The notes: a model not told the origin generated them from the sequence alone. A stretch of DNA of 64,000 nt from Candidatus Cloacimonadales bacterium (GCA_963665815.1 OY762463.1:2400001-2464000), one strand, 5' to 3'; counted from the stretch's first letter, positions 18,435 to 29,080 are shown. Program-made: numbers and translations.

Positions 18435-20087
18435 ATGAAAAACTACATAGCTATTAGATTTCTATCCCTTTTCAGAGGTTTGTTCACTATGGCAGGTTAC
18501 GACTTTGAGGTAATCAAACTGATTCTGCAGTTGAAGTTTACACTCGCCAACAGATCAAATCTGGGTGGATTCCAGAACTTATCAAAAAAGAAAAAGAAAA
18601 AAAGTTCAGGAAGTATTTCCGGATTGATCTTCTATCAGGGGCTGATGGGGCTTGCTCTGGCAGCTCAATTGATTGTTCTGCGGAAAAGCGATCCGTTGCT
18701 GAGTATAAGCATCTACATGGTTATGGTTATGCTGTTCTCTCTGGTCAATCTTGTGACAGAGTTCTCCAATTCATTTCTTGATACTACAGATTTGAAGGTT
18801 CTCATGCCTGCTCCCGTAGAACGAAAAGTAATCAATCTCTCGAGAAACCTGTATGTATTATTGTTTTACGGGCAGTTCCAGATGATAATGCTTATTCCGG
18901 GTGTAATAATCGTCTCAATTCTCATGGGCGTTTTATCCGGCTTAATGCTGATCATCTCCAATATGCTCAGTCTAATGTTTATTATTGCTTTTACTTCCAT
19001 TTTGTATGGCTCTATGCTGAGATTTTTCAGAAACGAAACTCTCAAAAATGTTCTGGGTGTTTTTCAAATGCTTGCTTCAGGTGCCGGTGCTTTTGGATTT
19101 CAGATATTTATCAGGCTCTCAAACCACCTCGATAAAGTAGAGAATATCAACAGTGTAATGAAGTATTTAGTGTTTAATCCGTCTTCCTGGTTTGCTGCTC
19201 CGGTTGCAATATTTGCCGGTAAACCTGTAACCGCGGTTCATTGGATATGCATAGGCATTGGTCTGGCTGTTTCGATTCTGGGCTATATTATCTATATTAA
19301 ACTGATAGCTCCTTATTACGAGCGAGACATGCTTAAGCTGAATGTATCCTCTAAAAAGGGGAAGAAAGCAAAAAAGGCAAGAGATTCTGTGTGGTCTAAG
19401 CTATTTGAGAATTACGAGTTTTCACCTTATTATGATGTCTCTGTTAAACTGCTGTCTAAGGACAGGAAATCCAGGAATTTACTTTTTCCGGCAGTGGCAA
19501 TGTCTATAATTATCAGCATAGCTTTTCCGATATTCTTTATGCACAAGTTTGATAAACAACTATGGGAAACAAAGACATATCTGCTGTTATACTTCCCTGC
19601 GGTTATGACTGCCACTATTGCAACTCTCATATTTTACAGCGAGCATTTCAAAGCGTGCTATATGTTTAAATCTTTACCGCTGGACAAACCGAGAAAGCTG
19701 TATATCGGGGCATATATAGCCTGTCTTACCAGATATATTCTGCCGACAAATCTGTTTGCAGGAATCGTATTTCTGATTCTCTGGAAGGGAGCAATCTGGC
19801 TTGATGTGCTAATAATCATCCTGAATTCCGTGCTCTTCAGTTTAATGTTCCCGAACCTTACACCCCGCTATCTGCCGTTCTCTCGTGAGCTTGTGCAGGG
19901 GGAAGCAGGCAGGGGCGACCTGATGATCCTGCTTATCTCCGCATTCTGCATTACAGTAGCTGTAACAGCGCATTATTTGGCGACTATCTTCCGGGTAATC
20001 TATCCGGTAATACTTGTACTGCAGATGATTCTGCTGTATATATCCGCGCGAGCCTACGGTAATGTTGAATGGAAGGATGTGGAGTAG
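18435..20087 (+). CDS. ABC-2 type permease, paralog 2
   Basis: Same length (550 aa) and collinear with the upstream permease (MKN..IRFL.LFR.LFT...YD.E.I...LQLKFT.A.R). Confidence 0.8.
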   Translation: MKNYIAIRFLSLFRGLFTMAGYDFEVIKLILQLKFTLANRSNLGGFQNLSKKKKKKSSGSISGLIFYQGLMGLALAAQLIVLRKSDPLLSISIYMVMVMLFSLVNLVTEFSNSFLDTTDLKVLMPAPVERKVINLSRNLYVLLFYGQFQMIMLIPGVIIVSILMGVLSGLMLIISNMLSLMFIIAFTSILYGSMLRFFRNETLKNVLGVFQMLASGAGAFGFQIFIRLSNHLDKVENINSVMKYLVFNPSSWFAAPVAIFAGKPVTAVHWICIGIGLAVSILGYIIYIKLIAPYYERDMLKLNVSSKKGKKAKKARDSVWSKLFENYEFSPYYDVSVKLLSKDRKSRNLLFPAVAMSIIISIAFPIFFMHKFDKQLWETKTYLLLYFPAVMTATIATLIFYSEHFKACYMFKSLPLDKPRKLYIGAYIACLTRYILPTNLFAGIVFLILWKGAIWLDVLIIILNSVLFSLMFPNLTPRYLPFSRELVQGEAGRGDLMILLISAFCITVAVTAHYLATIFRVIYPVILVLQMILLYISARAYGNVEWKDVE

Positions 20088-20094
20088 GGGGAAT

Positions 20095-20140
20095 GCAGAG
20101 GCAAGCGGACGGTTGACTCAGTACAAAAGCCCCTTGCGTA
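20095..20140 (+). repeat. Left imperfect inverted repeat (GTAG-REP-like) bounding the defence cassette
   Basis: GCAGAGGCAAGCGGACGGTTGACTCA...CCTTGCGTA matches the reverse complement of 24179-24222. Confidence 0.7.
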
Positions 20141-20187
20141 TGGTTGGAAACCTACGCTACGGTGAAATTAATAAAAACTTGATAAAA

Positions 20188-22134
20188 TTATATCTCTACA
20201 ATTTCCCATCCATTATTTTCTAATTCTGAGTAATGTTCTATATTTACTCTATCCTTCTTAAACGCCACGCATAATAAATGAGTTGGTCTGCTCATAGCAA
20301 CATATGCCATTTTTAAGGATTTACTCATATCATTTCTATTAGCTTTTTTTTGATCATGCCTTCCTTTCATAAAATCAAGTAATCGTTGAGATTCAAATTT
20401 CTTATAATATGTTTCCATTAAAAGCGTTGCAGTATGTGTTTCTCCCTTAACAGAATGAATCTTCCCAACTTTAATGTTAATCTCTTTTCTCGTAAATTTA
20501 TTGTTTGTATTTTTGACTTCATTCTTGAACTCTTCTAATTCAGCATTTAAGAAATCACTTATTTTCGATACTTTAATGTCGAAAACTCCAGAAAAATCTA
20601 CTTCTATAAATTTAATTACTTGATTTACAATGCAGACAGGATAAAATTTCTTCGAGTGTTCACACTCAGTATTGCAACAATGAGAATGTATTTTCTTAGT
20701 CCATTCTGCCAGTTTTTCCAAAAAATTTACTAAGAAATCAGGATGATTATCCTCAAAATGTTTCAGTAATGATTTTTTAGTAAATCGTCTTCCGTATTTA
20801 CGTTTATTCAGTTCTTGTTTGACTTCAGCAATATCCAATATTGCCAGAAAACAGTTTATCAGAGCATCATAAATTGGTTTTGTATCCTTACGACCTACAG
20901 GTTTAACAAGATAGTTCTTCAGTGAATTAAAAACTGTTTTTCCGGTTTTCTTGGGATCGTTAAAATCAGAGAAATAATCCCTTAGTGTAAGAGTGTCCTT
21001 GTCTTTGGCTACCCAGGAAACAGCTTTGTACACAGGCTTCTTAACATCTTTCCATTCATTCTTGTTTTCGTTTATTAATTCAGCAAACTTCTCAAGGACT
21101 TCTGAAGGTTCATCAAACAAGATCAATTTCGGTGTGATACCCGAAATAAATTCCGATCCTTTTAACTTATCTTCTGGAGTTTTGCAAACATATTTTATTG
21201 AACCCGCAATATTCTGAGAAAACCTTTTCGAAGTATATATTTTGATAGGATTCGTTTCCACTTTCCAATCTCCAGAACGGTTAATATTACTGTAAATTGC
21301 CTGATTAGGATCTCCAATCCTTTGTATAATAACAGATTCACTAAATACTTTTTCCAGTAAATCAATTTGATATTGAGCAGTATCCTGCATTTCGTCAATG
21401 AATACAAAACTGAATCTTTTAGAAAGAGCTGTGTTATGCAGTGGATATTTTCTTAAAAATGTGTATGCTAAAGAGTATGCATCATCAAATGATAAAACCC
21501 CATTATCCATAATAACACGCTTCATCCTTGAAATATTATTCATTATCTTTGCTTCATCAAATCGAGTTGTATCAATACAGAGATCTTTACCATATAGATC
21601 TCCACCTATTGAGAAGTCGCATATACAATATCTCAAAGAGTTGGGATAATTATTTCTGCCTGAGCTGTAGCACCAATTGTTTACTTCTTTTCCTAAATAC
21701 ATTCTTTGATTTTCAATATATTTATAATACAAAGCATTATCTATTTTTACAATTCTTTTGTTCTTCCAATTACAATAGTATGGAACAGCCAAAAACTTAT
21801 CAACAAAACTCTGGATAGTTCCAAAGAAGTTTGGATAGCTGAACAAAACTGAAGACTGCTTTCCCATCCGTTCCTTTATTTCGTTGATAGCCACATTCGT
21901 ATGTGTAAGAACACATATTCCCTGATTATTATCAAAAGGCATAAACTTGGATAGTATATAAAGTTTGGCTAATAATGCAGTTGTTTTTCCGCTACCCGGG
22001 CAGGCTACAACATCTCTTGTATCAAGACACTTTATAAACTCCCTGCTGGCTTCATCGAAAGTACCTCCACCGGGAAGCAACACTCTTTCAGCTTCTGGAA
22101 TAAATTTGTCTATGTTTTCACTATTGAGAGTCAT
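20188..22134 (-). CDS. gajB: UvrD-like helicase, Gabija GajB-like
   Basis: ACPGSGKTT, LTHTN, IDEMQD, IGDPNQAIY, IHSVKGET and YVAMSRP motifs. Start overlaps the OLD nuclease stop (ATGA). Confidence 0.82.
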   Translation of the reverse strand: MTLNSENIDKFIPEAERVLLPGGGTFDEASREFIKCLDTRDVVACPGSGKTTALLAKLYILSKFMPFDNNQGICVLTHTNVAINEIKERMGKQSSVLFSYPNFFGTIQSFVDKFLAVPYYCNWKNKRIVKIDNALYYKYIENQRMYLGKEVNNWCYSSGRNNYPNSLRYCICDFSIGGDLYGKDLCIDTTRFDEAKIMNNISRMKRVIMDNGVLSFDDAYSLAYTFLRKYPLHNTALSKRFSFVFIDEMQDTAQYQIDLLEKVFSESVIIQRIGDPNQAIYSNINRSGDWKVETNPIKIYTSKRFSQNIAGSIKYVCKTPEDKLKGSEFISGITPKLILFDEPSEVLEKFAELINENKNEWKDVKKPVYKAVSWVAKDKDTLTLRDYFSDFNDPKKTGKTVFNSLKNYLVKPVGRKDTKPIYDALINCFLAILDIAEVKQELNKRKYGRRFTKKSLLKHFEDNHPDFLVNFLEKLAEWTKKIHSHCCNTECEHSKKFYPVCIVNQVIKFIEVDFSGVFDIKVSKISDFLNAELEEFKNEVKNTNNKFTRKEINIKVGKIHSVKGETHTATLLMETYYKKFESQRLLDFMKGRHDQKKANRNDMSKSLKMAYVAMSRPTHLLCVAFKKDRVNIEHYSELENNGWEIVEI

Positions 22135-23995
22135 TGTTTATCCTGATTCCTGCTACATGCAAATTTTATTGCTTCTACAATGTATTTTAAATGTTCATCT
22201 TTCTCAATCTTTTCTTTTGTAATATCAGGTGAATCAATCATTTCTGCAAGATATTGTGCTGTTGTTCCTTTAGATAAACCTTTTAAAAATGGTTTCATCA
22301 TTTCATATGGATTACTTTCATCTTCAGGAAGAGATACACTTTTGCCTGATAATTCTTCTGCACTTTTCATAGACACTAAAAGTGAACTCTTCAAACAACT
22401 TTGTGCAAGACTATATTCAAGGGTCCAATCATTTTTATATACTTTGAAAGTTTTTGTTGATTCAGTTTTCTTATCATTCTCTTCTAAGAATGACAAGTAT
22501 GCTTTAATATGTTCTTCTTTTAACTCCTCTTTTTTGGGATTTGATAAACAAGAGCAATTATTAATTTTTTCCTTAAATCTATCTTTATTTGTCTCAATTA
22601 TTACTTTATCATTACAATAACACCAATAGACCTTGGGTGGATGGTCTATTAAGTACTCATTACACGGAATATCCCCATCGGATATTACTGCTACTTTCAT
22701 TTCGAAGTCAGACCCATCATTTCTGCTGAAAATACCTGCCCAATTTTGCCAATGTGCACCACCTACATTTATTATTGAAACACCATGTTTGTGTAAAGGC
22801 AAATCAATTTGCCTGGCAATTGCAGGAACAATTAAGTTTTCAGCAATACCTTCTACAATAATGACTCCTTTTGCAAAAAATAAATTTGCTTTTGTTGCAT
22901 CGAGAAATCTTTCCAGAAACTTATAGTCTTTTTCATCAAGATTTGTATGTTCTTCATCCATTGGAAACACTTTATCATTCTTGCAAATAATAAGATTCCC
23001 TAATGGAATACTAGAGCCAAGAGTAATACTGTGGGTAGTTAAAATTGTCTGTCCATTACCTTCTTGATTATCAATTAGGTATCTGAGTACGTTCAGTTGA
23101 TAATGCGGATGCAGATGTGCTTCTAATTCTTCTATTACTGTCAATTTTAACCCGTTAAATCCATCCCTTTTAATTAGTAATATTCTGCTGCAATATAGAG
23201 TAAGTTCAGCATTCCCAGACTTGGCTGATTCTCATCAATATTCAGAGAAAGTCTTTGCAGAATTGCCCATAACTCAACACCTGAAAGGTTAACAAATGGA
23301 GTATGATCATCATCCTCACTTGTAAATCCTTTTATTGCGTCTTTTACATCTTCTATTATCTCATTTCCTTCCCCTGATGTTGCAATATTAAAGTAATCTT
23401 TAATTTCTTGGTCAGCTTTTTCAATAGCTTTTTTAATCTTATTATCTTTTAATTCTTCCTCAGTTTTCTTAAAAAGATGATGGTTTTTTAGCAATTGAGA
23501 AAACCTTGATCTTCTACCTGCTGACATTTCCTGCTCTGCATCTCTCAATGGTTTTAAGTATGTTATACGAAGTAAATCTCTCGCTCTTCCATCCATTTGA
23601 GAGCCTATGTCATCCATACCTGCTCTTGTATCCCAGATAATTCTGTTATCTTTCCTTTCTGCAGTTATCCACACTCTGAGTTTATAATTTTTTCGTACAT
23701 CAAATCCTATCCATTCAAGAAAATTACCTGCTTCAGAGTCTGAGAAACCGGTAAATATACCTTCTATCCTAAGATTTGACGCTCTTTTACCATCACTATA
23801 ATGGAAATCAGCCTCATATAGTCGCTGGTATTCGTAACTCTGAGTATTCAATAAAAATCTTATTGCATCAACAATTGTCGTTTTTCCTGAAGCATTTTCA
23901 CCTATGAGTACATTCAGCTTTTCGTTAAAGTGGACTTCAATACCTGGACTTCCATATTTCCGGAAATTATCTATTTTTAATTCTGATAAATACAT
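22131..23995 (-). pseudogene. gajA: OLD-family ATP-dependent TOPRIM nuclease, Gabija GajA-like, split by a 1-nt frameshift
   Basis: N-terminal ORF 23174-23995 has IDNFRK and GENASGKTT. C-terminal ORF 22131-23144 has IEELEAHLHP, TTHS, VEGIAE, DGD and TLEYSL. Restoring one base near 23182 joins them into one frame of about 621 aa. Confidence 0.82.
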
Positions 23996-24178
23996 ACATA
24001 TCTCCTATGAGAAAATAGTTTATATAATATTGTTTTTGTCAATTTAAATATTTGTTCAGTATTTCATAAGATATTTCCCATGAGCAACACTTGATATTCA
24101 CACTACATCAATTACTTCCATATCCTTCCATTTTTTCAGTGGTTAATAGAGATATTTAAACAGATAGTCAGTTATCCT

Positions 24179-24222
24179 TACGCAAGGTGTGTTAAATAAG
24201 TCAAACGGCCGTTTGCCTCTAC
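24179..24222 (-). repeat. Right imperfect inverted repeat (GTAG-REP-like palindrome)
   Basis: Minus strand GTAGAGGCAAACGGCCGTTTGACTTA...CCTTGCGTA, containing the palindrome CAAACGGCCGTTTG. Confidence 0.7.
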
Positions 24223-24392
24223 GCGGTTGGCAGGATATGGAGAACTATTCAGAAGTCATATAGCGAACTCAAGTCTTTCCGGATTACAATATTAGTGCTA
24301 CTATAAGAGATCTCAGCACCGGAAATTCAAGTGAATCAGGATTCAGTCCTTCTATTCATACATAGAGACAGTCGACACTCTACTAAAAATCA

Positions 24393-25739
24393 TTAAAAAA
24401 TAACCAATAACTGGATATCTCCTACGTTAGTTCTTGTTGGACCAGTCTTATACAATCCGTCTATCTTCTCGAAAAAGTGATAAGCATCATGTCTTTTCAG
24501 ATATTCTCCGGTATTCAATCCTTTTTTTTCTGCTTTTGCCAGTTCCGAGAGAGATGCCCAGGCACCTGCAGCATCAGTTGGACCATCATTACCATCTGTA
24601 GATGCAGCGAGAAATATCACATTGTTCATTCCTTTTCCGGAACGCTTTAACTCATTCAGGAAAGAAAGTGCCATTTCCTGATTTCTCCCGCCTTTTCCAT
24701 GGTCTTCCGATAACACAACTGTTGTTTCTCCCCCCAGGATCAACAATTTAGGCTTTTTCACTCCATATCTGCAATTGTATCTTGCCAGAGCAAAAATTGT
24801 CCGAGCTGCTTCCCTGGCTTCACCTTCCAGACAATCAGTGAGAATTTCTGCTTCAAACCCTGAATCTTCCGCCTTTACAGCTGCAGCAGCCAATGCCTGA
24901 TAATTTGTTCCGATCAGGTAATTGTGGACTTTACCGAATGCCCGGTCATCCTCCTCAGGTGTATCCGGTAAGCAATCCCTAAGTCCCTGCTCTATCAGCT
25001 TTACTGCAGCAGGCGGCAGTTTATCACGTATATCATACTTACGTATAATAGCATCAGCATCTTTGAAAGTAGTCAGATCATAAGTTGTCGGACCGGATGC
25101 AATTGTGCCAAGATTGTCTCCCACAACATCTGAAAGAATCAGACTAATAGTTGTTGCAGGATATAGAAGTTTTGCCAGTCTTCCACCTTTTATTAGAGAG
25201 AGGTGTTTCCTCATGCAGTTTATCTCAGTTATATCTGCACCGCATGCCAGTAAAGCTCTGGTTACCTCCTGTTTATCTTCCAACGACAGATTGATGTCTT
25301 CATCTTTATATGGAGCAGTCATCAAAGCTGAACCACCTCCGGAAATAAGACATATCACAAGAGTCTGCTCGTCAGCTTCCTGAGCTAATGAAGCTATTCT
25401 CTGAGCTGCAATAACGCTGTTATGATCAGGAACAGGATGACCTGCTTCAATGACTTCTATTCGATCCAACAACTGCCCGAAACCGTATTTCGTGCTGATA
25501 AGACCTTCGGTAAGCTTATCTCCCAGAATTTCTTCCATAGCATTTCCCATCACAGCAGATGCCTTACCTGTTCCAATGACAATAATCCGATCGAATTGTT
25601 CCATATCAAAGGTTTCATTATAATCACCGGATTTTATATGTAGTTTATTTTCAGTACAGGACAACCCGTTTTTCAACATAAGATACGGGTCAACGCGATC
25701 CAGGGCAGCCCTGAATATGGAATCAAGCTTACTTTTCAT
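24393..25739 (-). CDS. Glycerate kinase type-2 (DUF4147/MOFRL family)
   Basis: GTGKAS, AGHPVPD, LISGGGSAL, SDVVGD, IASGPT, GGETTV, GGRNQE, TDGNDG and TGPTRTNVGD motifs. Confidence 0.95.
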   Translation of the reverse strand: MKSKLDSIFRAALDRVDPYLMLKNGLSCTENKLHIKSGDYNETFDMEQFDRIIVIGTGKASAVMGNAMEEILGDKLTEGLISTKYGFGQLLDRIEVIEAGHPVPDHNSVIAAQRIASLAQEADEQTLVICLISGGGSALMTAPYKDEDINLSLEDKQEVTRALLACGADITEINCMRKHLSLIKGGRLAKLLYPATTISLILSDVVGDNLGTIASGPTTYDLTTFKDADAIIRKYDIRDKLPPAAVKLIEQGLRDCLPDTPEEDDRAFGKVHNYLIGTNYQALAAAAVKAEDSGFEAEILTDCLEGEAREAARTIFALARYNCRYGVKKPKLLILGGETTVVLSEDHGKGGRNQEMALSFLNELKRSGKGMNNVIFLAASTDGNDGPTDAAGAWASLSELAKAEKKGLNTGEYLKRHDAYHFFEKIDGLYKTGPTRTNVGDIQLLVIF

Positions 25740-25806
25740 TATGTCTCCAGCAGTTTCTTCAACAATACCAGTATCAATTTTACGAAATAGTGAGTTTGTT
25801 TTGCTG

Positions 25807-26391
25807 CTATTGATTAATCTCTATTTCTTTTACAAGAGCGGTAATTGGAATTGCTTTAACTTTTTCACCTGAAAGTAAGAATATAACTTCTCTCGTTTTA
25901 CCTATCATTTTACCTTTTTCAATCTCGTTATCTGAATACCTGATACTGATTGAGGGCTTCTGCATAATTTCCTTTCTGGATATTTCTCCATACTTCAAAG
26001 AAGAAAGGAAGAGGTAAGCAAGGAAAATTAATATATGAAAGAAGTTTCTCACTAAGCTGTGCCAATGGTACTTATCCAGCCCAAGATATTGTCGGGAATA
26101 GAATTTCGGAAATTTAACCCTAATCACTGCATCAAATTTGAAAGCAATATATGCAACCAGTGATGACAATATTGTAAATAGCAATACAATGAAGTTTGAA
26201 AACGGAGTGATTAGGAAATCGAGCAGATCGGCATAGTCAAAGATGTCAATTCCGAATTCAGAGTATTTCATATAATTGAAAAGCATACCAATTCCAATAG
26301 CGAGAACATAACATATAGTTACCACCGTCTGGATTTCTTTTAATATCATCTCGGTTGCATCTTTAATAAGACCTTCATTCCTGTTTTCCAT
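25807..26391 (-). CDS. Hypothetical membrane protein
   Basis: 194 aa, about 3 hydrophobic helices, RBS and upstream TTGACA. Confidence 0.65.
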   Translation of the reverse strand: MENRNEGLIKDATEMILKEIQTVVTICYVLAIGIGMLFNYMKYSEFGIDIFDYADLLDFLITPFSNFIVLLFTILSSLVAYIAFKFDAVIRVKFPKFYSRQYLGLDKYHWHSLVRNFFHILIFLAYLFLSSLKYGEISRKEIMQKPSISIRYSDNEIEKGKMIGKTREVIFLLSGEKVKAIPITALVKEIEINQ

Positions 26392-26614
26392 AATACTTCC
26401 TTAACATTGGTTCAGAGCCCGATATGATTGTCAGAGATTATACTTCAAGTTGTTTCTCTCTTAATCTTATACTCATCAACAGACTGACTTTTGCAGTTAA
26501 TTTGTCAAACCAATTATTTTCATCTGCTCCTTGATAACACACAAAATAAAATTGTTTTATTGACAATTTAGTGATCAAGTGCCTGAATTCAATCAAATTT
26601 AAAGGGAGTATTTA

Positions 26615-27598
26615 ATGAAGAGAGTGCTGTTACTTCTAATTATTGTTGGCTTTATTGTTTCATGTGCAAAAACCGACAGTAATGATACCGCTCTAACACT
26701 GGCAGATTCACTCGGATGGCAGAATAGTGAAGATTATTACTTTTCTGCTGATTGTTCAATCAAGTGTAGAGATTCAAAATTATATATTCTCGATGCTGTT
26801 AATAAGAAACTGAGTATTTTCAATGAGGATAAGCTGGATTTTGTACGATCAATAGGAAAATCAGGACGAGGTCCCGGTGAATTCACTTTTCCTTTATGCT
26901 TTACATTTGATAATGAAGGCAACTTTATCGTTGCTGATTTTTCTAATTCAATGATACAATGGCTCTCACCGGCAGGTGAGTATATTAAATCAGTTAAAGC
27001 ACCCCTTCCGGGAGAAGTTTATAACTTCGATGGTGATATCTATTACACTGATTACGCCGGAAAACCGGAAATGAATCTGTACAAGATTGTTGATCACAAA
27101 CCGGTTGTAGATTTATCGATAACGGATTTAATTACCGGATCGGAATTACCGGAAGGCTCAAACAAACGTTTTGCCCTGGCTAAAACTGATAAGAAATTAA
27201 TTATTAGTTTCTTGCATTTCAAAGATAAGATTCTGGAGATTGACACCAACAAATATTTTGAAACAACGCTGAGAAATAGTGCTCATGGATTGTCTTCATG
27301 TATGGTTGTAGATGACAAAAGCATATTTGTTATATTGTATTCTCTGGAAAAAGATTTGTCGCAAACCATAACAGATTTGATTGAAAGCGGTAGAGAACAT
27401 GAGATATGCAGCAATCTGCTTGCAGAGGAGGTTGGATTAAAATCTTATCTCGTTGAATATTCTTTTGATGGCAGTATTGTCAACACACACAGATTACCGA
27501 ATAACATTCTGGGAAAGGAATTTTCCTTCGCAAAATCAGGAAATAATTTTTATCTTCAGGATGCTTTCTCCGGGATTATTTATAAGTACAAAATGTAA
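26615..27598 (+). CDS. 6-bladed beta-propeller lipoprotein (NHL/TolB-like)
   Basis: Lipobox IVSC; SIGKSGRGPGEF motif; paralog of genes at 43-48 kb. Confidence 0.82.
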   Translation: MKRVLLLLIIVGFIVSCAKTDSNDTALTLADSLGWQNSEDYYFSADCSIKCRDSKLYILDAVNKKLSIFNEDKLDFVRSIGKSGRGPGEFTFPLCFTFDNEGNFIVADFSNSMIQWLSPAGEYIKSVKAPLPGEVYNFDGDIYYTDYAGKPEMNLYKIVDHKPVVDLSITDLITGSELPEGSNKRFALAKTDKKLIISFLHFKDKILEIDTNKYFETTLRNSAHGLSSCMVVDDKSIFVILYSLEKDLSQTITDLIESGREHEICSNLLAEEVGLKSYLVEYSFDGSIVNTHRLPNNILGKEFSFAKSGNNFYLQDAFSGIIYKYKM

Positions 27599-27688
27599 CT
27601 GTTAGATCTGATATTTAAACAAAAATAAAATCAACTATCGTGAAGAAGTGAGTATGCAAAACATACCTCTGAAGTAAAAGGAGAGAGA

Positions 27689-28036
27689 ATGAGGAAATTT
27701 CTGTTTGCTTTATTAATTATAGGGTGCTCCATAACATTGTTTTCAGTTAAGAGTGTAACATACGAAATTGATGGTGAAGGTAAAGTCCGCACTATTACCG
27801 AGAAAAAAGGTGATGAAGCCTGGCAGAAAGCAATACAGGAAGAAATAGACTCTATGAATTTTGCGTCGAATGAATTCACTAAAACCATATTTCACGTTGA
27901 TGAAGATGGTTTTGTTACTGCATCAGTAATAGTCACAAAAGCAGGTATAGACAGTACTGAACAGACAATGAGAGCTATAGAAATAGTCAAAAGACTAAAT
28001 AAAAAAACAGCTGTACATAACGAAAAAGTCAAGTAG
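27689..28036 (+). CDS. Small secreted hypothetical protein
   Basis: AAGGAG RBS; N-terminal signal peptide. Confidence 0.65.
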   Translation: MRKFLFALLIIGCSITLFSVKSVTYEIDGEGKVRTITEKKGDEAWQKAIQEEIDSMNFASNEFTKTIFHVDEDGFVTASVIVTKAGIDSTEQTMRAIEIVKRLNKKTAVHNEKVK

Positions 28037-28073
28037 TCAGTTAACATTGAGAAAATGATGGATACAGCTTATA

Positions 28074-28958
28074 TCAGCATCCTGTAATTACACAAGATTC
28101 CGGTTGCTCTGTGTTACCAACACTCTCAATCCTCTTCTTCATTCCAGCAGCCAGCTTTTCTTCAGCAGGTCCGATATGCATAGCTTTCTGTGGGCATCCT
28201 GCTATGCATTTATAGCAGTGAATACAGGGATAATCTGTTTCCACAATAATATTATCTTCTGATGACAGATGGAACACAGGACAATTCTTTGAGCATTTTC
28301 CACATGAAGTGCACTTATCCTTATCTATAATTATATTCGGAAACTTAGTCATATGCAGTAGTTTTTCATCCGGTACAGATCCAAGTGGAAACATCTCAAA
28401 ATTGTATTTGAATGCCCCAACAGCACTGATGTAATCCATAGCATTCTCAAGCTTATCAATATGATCAGCAAGATAATCTAATGTCTCACCGAATGATTTT
28501 TCTGACATTTTATTCTCATTGAATACATAATCCATGAATGTTCCTGCCAGAGTATGGGAAGCATTTATTTTGACACCCATGGGTACAGTCCTACCGGTTT
28601 CTTCCAGAGCTTTACCGGCTTCGTACAAAGCATTGCCGGATGAAATACCTCCATAGGTAACAAACGGAACGGCAAATTGTCCCCAGATATCATACTGTGC
28701 AGGGAGATTCTGTATCAATTCAAGCATATAGTACTGAAAGTGAGTGGAATAAACCGGGGCTCCCACGAACAGTAAGTCATGTTGTTTGATAATTGTATTG
28801 AGATATTCAGTAGTATTCTCTTTCAAGATTAGCTGTTTTGTTTTATTAATGTTTATCATTTGTATTGTGTGTTTTCTGTCTTGCAGTTCTGCAGCAATTC
28901 TCTCCGCAGTATAAGCTGTATTACCTGTTGCACTGAAATATATTATTGCAATATTCAT
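28074..28958 (-). CDS. EFR1-family ferrodoxin (flavodoxin plus 2x[4Fe-4S])
   Basis: YFSATGNT; CTSCGKCSKNCP and CIHCYKCIAGCP. Confidence 0.9.
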   Translation of the reverse strand: MNIAIIYFSATGNTAYTAERIAAELQDRKHTIQMININKTKQLILKENTTEYLNTIIKQHDLLFVGAPVYSTHFQYYMLELIQNLPAQYDIWGQFAVPFVTYGGISSGNALYEAGKALEETGRTVPMGVKINASHTLAGTFMDYVFNENKMSEKSFGETLDYLADHIDKLENAMDYISAVGAFKYNFEMFPLGSVPDEKLLHMTKFPNIIIDKDKCTSCGKCSKNCPVFHLSSEDNIIVETDYPCIHCYKCIAGCPQKAMHIGPAEEKLAAGMKKRIESVGNTEQPESCVITGC

Positions 28959-29058
28959 CCATAACTCCTCGCGAAGGAATCACAATCTTGCTGATTTTCA
29001 CGTCAAGGTAAACAAGTTCAGGAAAAATTCAGTTGACAAAAAACATACTGTTCAAATT

Positions 29059-29080
29059 TATATAAGCAATTACTTATATA
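29059..29080. promoter_or_regulatory. ArsR-type operator palindrome 1, overlapping the arsR promoter
   Basis: TATATAAG-caatta-CTTATATA; TTGACA at 29033-29038 just upstream. Confidence 0.75.

Noticed and set aside
23160-23190. Programmed ribosomal frameshift in gajA
   Set aside because: No X XXY YYZ slippery heptamer at the junction; mutation or sequencing error is simpler.
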